A stretch of 63,685 bases of DNA, counting the filler, from Octopus bimaculoides (Eukaryota), in the NCBI RefSeq assembly GCF_001194135.2. It is 6 parts of 5 records of this genome, joined end to end, with 100 filler letters (N's around TTAATTAATTAA, not from the genome) between each part and the next. Parts side by side here need not be neighbours in the genome. Positions count along the whole stretch, not along the records: positions 54,759 to 62,575 come from NC_069002.1; positions 62,676 to 63,685 come from NW_026423724.1; 4 more parts are not named here. One strand, written 5' to 3'. This document shows, one piece after another, positions 54,796 to 63,685 of this stretch; position 1 is the stretch's first letter; every line of letters starts with the position of its first letter. The notes beneath the pieces were generated by a model, which saw only the letters and a program-made list of their open reading frames with translations, made no database searches and was not told where the DNA came from. The translations under genes and the position numbers were made by a program.

Positions 54796-57193
54796 AATGG
54801 ATTTTGGCGGGATGTGGAATTAGACATTTAAAAGTAGGCGGCAGTGTGAAAGTGGATGACTGCCGGCTAAATTGGGAGAAACAGCAGCCGAATCTCCTGT
54901 AAACTGCACTCTAACGGTTTTCAACGAGACGGAGGGAGGGCGGGTGATGTAGGGCTAGATACGCAATCATTACTTGATTACAGTTTTTTTTTTACTCATT
55001 CTTATTTTATGAAAATCTGGAAAGAGGGAAATGCAATGTTGACCTTGGGAGGATCTGAACGAAAACAATTCTGACGGGTTTTCATTTCTCCAGTTTCAAT
55101 AGAAACAGTGTTAAACGCACAGTTGGGTAATTAATACTGTAGTCATATAATAGTTCTTTCTTTGAACAGTGTCCAGTGATACGAAAACATATACATTATT
55201 TAACCAAAGAACGTCCAAATAAACGTTAGAAAATAAAATTCGGAAAGTAAACTTACTGAAAATTCGTCTTTGAAGCGATTTGTGTAATTTTCATGTAACA
55301 CCGCTTCGCGGAATTCTTTCTGACTTCCGGTTTATATAAGAGATTTGTATTTAAAGGAAAAACGGAACATTTATTGATGTAACACCGGTGTATGGGATAA
55401 TAGCATTTATTGTTTACTTCTTTGCATGCTCGGTCATGTCCCCTAAACTGCATGTTAAACCCCTCTGTCTCTCTCCACAGTATGTACACCTTCCAGTAAG
55501 ACTACCACACACGTATATGTATCTATAGCTTACTTACACAAGTGTATTCTCCGACTTTGTTTCCTGATAAATGGGTATTTTTTCTGAAGAAATCGACTAC
55601 ATATACCTTTTAGAAAGTATAGAATACTATTATATCGGCATTTGTGTTAAAATAAAAGTGAGGTGGGGTGAGAGGAGTTTCGAATAATTCACATACCTTC
55701 CCTTTGTTTCCTCATACTTTTCGGTGAGGTAGATTACATTTATGCTGAAAAAAAAAAAATATATATTCGTTTTAAGAATTCTTTCTCCCTTTTCCTTTTA
55801 GAATTCTGCTTTATGCACGGCATTAACCTTTTCAACTTTTGGAATTTTCAGAAAATTTGTGTTCTAAATATCTGAAATCATACAACTATGCAAAATATTT
55901 TGGTAAATTTTTAACTTTTCGAAATTTAAGGAAATTTTAAAAAACAAAATTCCGATCTTTTTAAGTCACATTTTAAAATAGTCCGAATTTTGGGCTTAAT
56001 TTCCAGCAATAGACCATTAAATGTGCTCATGGGGAGAAAGATATTAGAAAACATTAATTCGTCAGATTGGAAAACATCGGTTCGGTCTTGAGATGTGCCA
56101 AAAATGTCAGAAAAGTGCATGTTATGGACTGTTGTATGTTGTTCATGGCAATGAAAATAAATAGAATTCGAAAAAGTTGATAATAGCGTGACTCAATAAA
56201 AGATAATTAATAAAATTCTTAAAATAAAATGTAATCAACAAGATTGTTTGTCGATATCGATCAAACAACTGACGTCTTAGTGTTCTTTAATCACTCGTCA
56301 TATGGTGACCTAAGTTCTTTAAGTTGATTCTATTTGTTCTAATAAATGTCAAGGTTCAGATTAAGTCATTCACCCAAGCTTCCGAATAAAGAACCCCAGA
56401 CGTAAAATGGAATTTGAATAGAAAGTTTAATTACTTCTGGTGACGAAGAGAGGATATTTAGAAGAAAAAAATGAAAAACGGGATAATTTTCCTGATTTAA
56501 ACGTCGATTTCTGTAACATTTCCATTTTTGGAGATTCTTAAACGCATTTTTTTTTCAGATGTAACCAGAAACAATTCAATTACCCCCCCCACCACCACCA
56601 ACAAACACATAATAAACGGTTGAAGTTCCAGAGTGACTCAAGGGTCGAGAGTTTCGTTTATTGGTGCTTATCCGACTAAGTGCCAACGTACGAAACATGG
56701 CTCTTGGGTCATTCATACAGGGACTTCTGTCGATTACCAATAATCACACACACACACAGAAAGAAAGAAAGAGAGANNNNNNNNNNATGGTGGTGGTGGG
56801 GGGGCACAATTGAGTTCTATTTTCCTGTTTACATCACCAGCCATAAGGTATAAATTTATACATATATATACATGAGTAGAAGGCCTTAGATTTGTTTTTT
56901 GGAGGAAGTGTGTAGTCTATCATGTTGATCCACTGTGCTTGACTTGTTACTTATTTTATCAAGATGTTTGTATAATATCGATTTGTAACATAGGTGCAAT
57001 GCTTCGAATTTCTTATGGGAGGAAGAAGAGCCCCAATCAGTACCTAATTGATTTTTATTTTACTAATATATATATATATAAAAATTAAATTATATATATT
57101 TATGCAAAAAAATGATGGGTTTTTTTCCTTATGAGGTTTTTTCACGCTAACTACTTGATAAATTCTTATAAAGTTTTTATCCTAATATTATAT

Positions 57194-57229
<36 letters not shown>

Positions 57230-57863
57230 TATAATATCTGAACATTATTCCGTACCATTACTGAAAGTAGAGTGACTTTCTTTTTACATGATATAAGTTT
57301 CGTTTAAAAATGATTTTTTTTTTCATTCAGTTTTGAGTCGATGAGAGACGTCGTGAAAAAAAGAAAAAAATAATCATATCGGGCGTAGGTGAAACAAAAT
57401 GCCTTTTCATGTAATAATTTTTTTTTTTAAATTAATTAAATAAGTGAAAAAAATGTACAAAACTAAATGTACGAAACGAAGGCTGCGAGCCATACTGCTA
57501 GTGTCAGTGTGATTGCGAGTGTTTATGGCAAATAGTGATGTTTCGATAGTTTATAAAATTGTGGAAAGAAAAAAACTTCAGCGAAGACGATAAAAAAATA
57601 TTTTACGGTAATCAATATTGAATTTTTCCCACGTTATTTTTCAAGTAGACTAATCTTTTAGGGTGCAATTACGTCCCATAAACTCCGTTGAAACCTCACC
57701 AAAATCAACGCTTAAATTTGAAAATTACCAAATTATTGTTTCTTAGTAACGTTTAATTTTGTTTTTCATTTTTTCTTTGTTTTACATTCATTTTTTTTCT
57801 TTACTCCACGGGATGGTTTTACGTAAGTAATTATTTTTCCAGATAGATAATGAATGTTCTTAC

Positions 57864-57904
57864 TTGGTGGTCATAGTCGTTGTTGAGTACCCGACGGCGC
57901 AGAC
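57864..57904 (-). CDS. Candidate 41-nt exon (GLRRRVLNNDYDHQ or VCAVGYSTTTMTT)
   Basis: Acceptor ttattcatcatag and donor CAA|gtaaga; it lies in a CpG-rich patch. Confidence 0.25.
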
Positions 57905-58429
57905 CTATGATGAATAACGTTCCAGTCGTGACCATCTCATCTTTTAATAATATTTAGGACTACGTTACGCAGTATGTCCCTTATTTAAGACGGCAAGGTG
58001 TGATTTGAGAAAGATTTGGCAGCTATTTCGTGCGACCACGTTGATGCTCTCTCCCTGGGTGGTATGCTCACCATACCTCCCGGTTTAAATAGCATAATAT
58101 TGGATACACAATAAAAAAAACTGGATGACTGTAGCTCGATCAGTTTTGAAACTTGGGCTAAATAACACCTGGTTCTTCGGTGTATTTAGCTGAGTTCGCT
58201 GTTTCAAAGTATTAGGATCGAACCCTCGTCCACCGCGATTCCCTTAGTACATGTTCTTCGCATCGGTTATCAACCTGATTAAAAGGGACTGAAAACTTCA
58301 TGAACACAAGCCTCCTAGGACCCTGACTAATTTTTTTTCTTTTAATCGTCAACTATCAACTGACAATATATATTTTTATCAATTTATTAAACTGGGATCA
58401 ATATCAAATAAAGTGCCAATAGTTTCAAA

Positions 58430-59045
58430 TGGTGGCACAAGGCCAGGAATTTTAAAGTGAAGGCATAAGTCAATTACATTGACTGCACCACTTGGCTGCT
58501 ACTTTATTTTACCGACCATTTTAACTCAGACGATAAAGCTAGAACGAATGCCACCATTCGTTTTTGTCTGGTGTACTGATGATTCTACTCGTTTGCCACC
58601 TTTGTTTCTAATATAGGCTCAAGGCATGAGTTTTGAGGGAGGGGGCTAGTTAATTACATTGACACTGGTGCTTAACTAGTACTTATTTTATTGACCCAAA
58701 AGGGGCAAAAGGCAAAATTGACCTCAAAGGTATTTGAACTCAGAAAGTAAAAAGCTAGAAGAAATCTGACTAAGCATTTTATTTGGTGCAGTAATGATCC
58801 GACCAGCTTACTGCTTGAGGAATAATAATAATAATGGTTGCAACTTTTGGCACAAGGCCAGCAATTTCGGGGGATGGAGTACGTCAATTGCATCGACCCC
58901 AGTACTCAACCAGTACTTCTTTTCTCGACCCCGAAAGGATGAAAGGCAAAGTTGACCTCGGCAGAATTTGAACTCAGAACATAGAAATGGATGAAATGCC
59001 ACTTAAGCATTTTGTCTGGCATGCTATCGATTCTGCCAGCTTGTC
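58430..59045 (-). mobile_element. Three adjacent SINE family A copies
   Basis: Three units contain gcacaaggccag-aattt / gcaaagttgacctc-g-gaatttgaactcagaa motifs. Confidence 0.8.
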
Positions 59046-59291
59046 ACAATAACAACAACAACAACAACAGCTAGGAACGGTTTTATGAGTAGCTCAGACA
59101 TAAAACATTGGCTTCAGTAAACTTCTAACCAATGGTAGGAGTCCAGCAACTTTCTCAGAGCTGTTGCTTGTGCCTCACACCCCTCAATGTAAACTGGATT
59201 CACACTTGTAGAGGTGTTTTCTCTTTGATTCTGAGTCAGACATTGCTTGAGCAACATTATTAAAAGATTTTTTTCTTATTACTATCATTAG

Positions 59292-59353
59292 AGTGTTGCT
59301 CATCAAATGAGATCTGGTGTTGAGAATATACTTGTGACACTGGGTAATATCAG
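59292..59353 (+). CDS. Candidate exon of a plus-strand gene (SVAHQMRSGVENILVTLGNI)
   Basis: Acceptor tttttcttattactatcattag and donor CAG|gtaatg. Length 62 nt with only the phase-0 frame open; phase-compatible with 60421-60455. Confidence 0.4.
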
Positions 59354-59496
59354 GTAATGTTACATAGCTACAATAATTATGGGTGTATTTTATTCAAATT
59401 TCATGGTGCTCATACAAAATAATGAAATGAATTCATTCTTACATTATTTACACTATTTACATTTGACGGATATTTGTCCTCATCTTGTTTGTTGTT

Positions 59497-59542
59497 AACA
59501 CAACGTTTTGGCTGATATACTCTCCAGCTTTCTTCAGGTGTC
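59497..59542 (-). ncRNA. Degenerate copy of the hammerhead (core GAAA mutated to AAAA; first stem II pair broken)
   Basis: The minus strand reads gacac-ctgaaga-a-agctg...cagcc-aaaac-gtt-gtgtt. Confidence 0.5.
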
Positions 59543-59798
59543 TTGGGGAAATTTTGAACCTGGGTTCTCGTTCCTAAGGTATTTTTCCATATTATTATTA
59601 TTATTATTGTTCAGGTCACTGCTTGGAATTGAACTTAGACTCTTGGGGTTAGTAGCCCGTCTCTTAACCACTATGCTATATGCCTGTGGGCATATGGTGT
59701 AGTGGTTAAGAGCGCAGGCTACTAACCTGAACTATAATAATAATAAAAACATGGAAAAATACCTTAGGAATGAGAACCCAGGTTCGAAATTTCCCCAA

Positions 59799-59844
59799 GA
59801 CACCTGAAGAAGGCTGGAGAGTATATCAGCCGAAACGTTGTGTT
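59799..59844 (+). ncRNA. Minimal type I hammerhead ribozyme (Penelope-like)
   Basis: GACAC (stem I), CTGAAGA (core), an extra A, GGCTG..CAGCC (stem II), GAAA, then CGTT within a palindromic AACGTT helix III, and GTGTT (stem I'). Predicted cleavage is after GUU at 59839. Confidence 0.62.
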
Positions 59845-59939
59845 AACAACAAACAAGATGAGGAGAAATATCCGTCAAATGTAAATAATGTACATAATTC
59901 CTCATCTCTTCAATACGGAACTGAATTCATTCTTTCTTT

Positions 59940-60300
59940 CATTTGTTTCAGTCATTTGACTGCGGCCATGTTGGAGCATCGCCTTTAGTTGAACAAATTG
60001 ACCCCAGGACTTATTCTTTGTAAGTCTAGTACTTATTCCATCGGTCTCTTTTGCCGAACCACTAAGTTACAGGGACATAAACACATCAACATCGGTTGTC
60101 AAGCAATGGTGGGGGGACAAACATATACACACACACACACACATATATATATATGATGGGATTCTTTCAGTTTCTATCTACCAAATCCATTCACAAGGCT
60201 TTGGTTGGCTCAAGGCTATAGTAGAAGACACTTGCCCAAGGTGCCACACAGTGGGACTGAACCTGGTTGGTAAGCAAGCTACTTACCACACAGCCACTCT
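59940..60300 (-). mobile_element. SINE family B, CpG-depleted copy
   Basis: Same family as 13335-13690, with tatgatggg in place of tacgacggg. Confidence 0.85.
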
Positions 60301-60420
60301 TTCAAAATAAAAATATTTACTAAAGTAAAATAAATTTTAAATAAAACAAATTTCTCATTATTGTGTTTATAGTTACCAATAGCAACAATATACTTTTAAC
60401 TACCAATTAATTATGTGTAG

Positions 60421-60455
60421 CAAAAACAGTCCCAACATTATCTGGCATATAACAG
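60421..60455 (+). CDS. Candidate 35-nt exon (KNSPNIIWHIT, or QKQSQHYLAYN)
   Basis: Acceptor aattatgtgtag and donor CAG|gtaaga; it joins the previous exon as ...GNI-S-KNSPNIIWHITG. Confidence 0.4.
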
Positions 60456-61204
60456 GTAAGACTTAGTATATAGCGACCAAAGTTATCTCCCTTGAGGATG
60501 GACAAACTGAGAGATGAGATACACTGTCAATTATCGTAATAGATTATGTATCACTAGATAGAGGACTGAGCAAAATGTATTGACCGTACAGTTATGCAGG
60601 ACCTAATTATTTAATTACATTTTACATGTTCCCAGTTAAAATCCTACTAAAGTTGACTTTGCTTTTCATCCTTCCAGGATTGATAAAATAAAGTACCAAC
60701 AAAATAGTCCTCAATGTAATCCTATTCTCCACACAAAATTTGAAGTACCTTTGTTAGAAATCATTTGTTGTTGTTGTTGAACCCCAGGTCAACTCTGATC
60801 CAGCAAATATTGGATCAAAAATATTCCATCCATGACAATGTCTTATATATATCTAGGACCACAATGTTTAATGTGTCTCTCCTTTTTCAAAGTTGATAGG
60901 GTGTGATTTGAAGGAGATTTGGCTGCTGTTTCTAGCAAGTCAAATGACCATATAAAAGCTGGTTCAGGCCTCACATTTTATCTGTCAGTAGTCTTTGGAA
61001 ACCATAGTACAAATATTCTAAATGTTTTCATTAACAAGGACAGCAATTCACTTACCAACTATATGAATATGGGTTCAGTCCCACTGTGTGACAGGATTTT
61101 CTACTCTAGCTCTGAGCTGTAGGCATATACAAATGTCCCGATGCTTAAGTTCAGGTAAATAGTGCCAGGTTGAAGCCTTTCAATGGGTGTGTTGGACTTC
61201 ATCA

Positions 61205-61600
61205 GAAGGTGATCTCCAGCATGCACTGAACGGGTTCATTGCAAGTGCTGCAAGGTAAGGACGAAAATTGGTATTGCAAAGATTGAGAAATTGGTTCTCA
61301 CAAGAATGTCTTCCCAGTACATTCTGCATGTGAGTGGAACATCACGGAGACAAGTAGAGAAGTTTAAGTATCTCTGGACCATTTTTATGAATGATGGGAA
61401 GCAGGAGAATGAATTGGATGCTAGAATTGCAGGTGTTGGTACTGTAATGTACCTTTTCCAGTATTCTATCATATGAGATTGGTAAAAAAAAAGGGACCAA
61501 ACTTGCCATCTTCAATTTGGTGTTTGTATCTATGCTCACCTGTGGTCATGAATCTGATGCAAGTGATTGAAAAGGTGTTCCTCTTAACAATCTCAAATGA
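61205..61600 (+). mobile_element. RTE-clade LINE reverse-transcriptase C-terminal relic
   Basis: DLQHALNGF...KIGIAKIEKLVLTRMSSQYILHVSGTSRRQVEKFKYLWTIFMNDGKQENELDARIAGVGTVM...KLAIFNLVFVSMLTCGHES, matching the RTE QVEEFKYLG / EIDRRIG / LTYGHE motifs. Confidence 0.85.
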
Positions 61601-62284
61601 AGTGCGGATTTTCAATCCAGGGATCATTCTGATTCCAAAAAGTTATATATCAATGTAGACTGATATACTAGACAGGCAGACATAATTTGCGCTTATTAAT
61701 ATAAATAAAAAGCTTATGTAGTGAAAAAAGAAGCCCAAAATGTCTTGCAGTATTTATTTTGGTTCTCTGTGTTCTGAGTTTAAATACTGCTGAGATCAAC
61801 TTTGCCTTTTTATCTTTCATGGGTCAATAAAATTAGTGCAAGTCAGGTATTGGCACTTATTTTATTTAATTGACCAACTTCTTTCCTCAAATTTCTGACT
61901 TTGTGTCTGTTATTTGAGGGAGATTTAGCTGCTATATAATGTAACTTAATATATATGAAAGCTAGTTTCTTGCAATAAGTCTTAGAATCTGCAAGTTGAG
62001 AAGTGTTCTCACTGGATGGGATGCTAGTCGTTTGTTGATATTTTCCAGTATATTGTAGTGTAAGGCTATGTGGATAAAATATTCTGTTCAAAAATACTTT
62101 GGAACACCTTAAGTGGATTTGAGGTCATTAGCTAAGAGCATGTAGCACGGAAAGGTCAATGGAAAAAAGGTAACTCTGAAGTATACAAGAAGGTTGGAGA
62201 GTGAGCACCACCAATATATATACTGTGACTTAGCAAACCTATGATTAAGGGCATTCCAGTCATAGCCATCTCAACTTTATATAT

Positions 62285-62444
62285 ATGAGTGGCTGTGTGG
62301 TAAGAAGCTTGCTTCCCAACCACATGGTTCCAGGTTCAGTCCCACTGCATGGTACTTAGGGCAAGTGTCTTCTACTTTAGCCTCAGGCCAAACAAAGCCT
62401 TGTGAATGAATTTGGTAGACTGAAACTGAAAGAAGCTCATCATA

Positions 62445-62495
<51 letters not shown>

Positions 62496-62575
62496 CCCAT
62501 CACCTGACAACTAATGTTGGTGTGTTTATGTCCCCATAACTTAATGGTTCAGCAAAAGAGACCGATAGAATAAGT
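62285..62575 (+). mobile_element. SINE family B, CpG-depleted copy
   Basis: gagtggctgtgtggtaagaagcttgcttcccaaccacatgg...gaagctcatcatata...gatagaataagt. Confidence 0.85.
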
Positions 62576-63286
62576 NNNNNNNNNNNNNNNNNNNNNNNNN
62601 NNNNNNNNNNNNNNNNNNNTTAATTAATTAANNNNNNNNNNNNNNNNNNNNNNNNNNNNNNNNNNNNNNNNNNNNATATATATATATATATACACATATA
62701 TATATGCATAAATATATATATATATACACACACATCCATATATGCCCGTGTGCATGTGAGTGTGTGCATGTATGTATATGTGCATGCATGCACCAATTAA
62801 TTAGATAGATAGTTGTGTAGATGTACATATAAACAGATGGATATGTTTGCATGTAACTGTATATATATATATATGTATGCATTACGTACATACTTATATA
62901 TATATGTATATACATCTATAATAAAAATCGAATGTATATACATGCATATGTGAACATCCTTATGTATATATATATATATATATATATAAATATTTACACA
63001 CATACACATGTAGATATATACATATATATGTGTGTTTGTGTGTGTAGCTATATGTATGCATGCGTGTATATATGTCATTGTGCTTATATTATATATATAA
63101 ATGGATGCACATCTCCACAATCGTCAAAAGTCTGCCGTCTCTGTTGTATTCTTTCCTCTTTCTTCTTCATCTCCTACCCTCATCCCACGAAACTCCAGAC
63201 CTCCAACCAATCCATCCGCACTCACCCACCCCATCCTACAGAGCCCCTCCCCTACTTCTTCACCTACCCCCATCCACACACACACA

Positions 63287-63327
<41 letters not shown>

Positions 63328-63441
63328 CCATATCTCCTCCCTGCCCTTCACCCAACTACAACATGGCTGCCTCCCGGACTGACCCTTGTCCGAAAGCGTC
63401 AAGTCCACTACTCAATCATGGCAAAATTCATCATCTCCTGA

Positions 63442-63504
<63 letters not shown>

Positions 63505-63647
63505 GTTGTTCTTATTTTGTTCTTTGATATATATATATATACATATATATATATATTCATACATATATATGTTTCTATACTGATGATATATATATATATG
63601 TATGTGTATATATATATATAATATATATATGTATGTACGTATGTATA

Positions 63648-63685
<38 letters not shown>

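Larger units (their letters stand above)
59441..59921. mobile_element. Head-to-head foldback element: tRNA-like head plus Penelope-type hammerhead tail on each arm, with a 13-bp flanking direct repeat
   Basis: Inverted arms are centred on atatgcc-tgt-gggcatat (about 59686). The direct repeat tgaattcattctt is at 59428-59440 and 59922-59934. The minus arm carries A box TAGCATAGTGG and B box AGTTCAATTCC. Confidence 0.8.

Noticed and set aside
59621-59730. Functional tRNA genes (also the SINE heads at 5690, 38400 and elsewhere)
   Set aside because: They have A and B boxes but no complete cloverleaf or acceptor stem, and they are fused to repeat bodies.

Overview
This is AT-rich, microsatellite-saturated eukaryotic draft-assembly DNA with many N gaps. 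The SINE families and the (TA)n/(CA)n/(TATG)n density suggest an octopus or other coleoid cephalopod; this is an inference, as no search was run. Five gaps carry an artificial 44N-TTAATTAATTAA-44N linker. I found no intact long ORF, prokaryotic operon, rRNA, true tRNA or CRISPR array, and nearly all listed ORFs are simple-repeat or N-gap artefacts. Recognisable content is mostly decayed mobile DNA: two Tc1-like transposase relics with DD36E-type spacing, a maT-like relic, a mariner 5' end, a pogo-like MITE, and relics of RTE, CR1/L2-like, R4/Dong-like and Penelope-like retroelements. There are also at least three tRNA-derived SINE families. Small candidate exons suggest an unidentified multi-exon minus-strand gene, best supported by a phase-compatible pair at 31703-31805 and 30588-30712. 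A second, plus-strand gene may lie in a CpG-poor segment after about 58.3 kb. The most interesting object is a 481-bp foldback element at 59441-59921. Each arm is a tRNA-like Pol III head fused to a Penelope-type tail containing a minimal hammerhead ribozyme, the two arms are joined head-to-head, and a 13-bp direct repeat flanks the whole.
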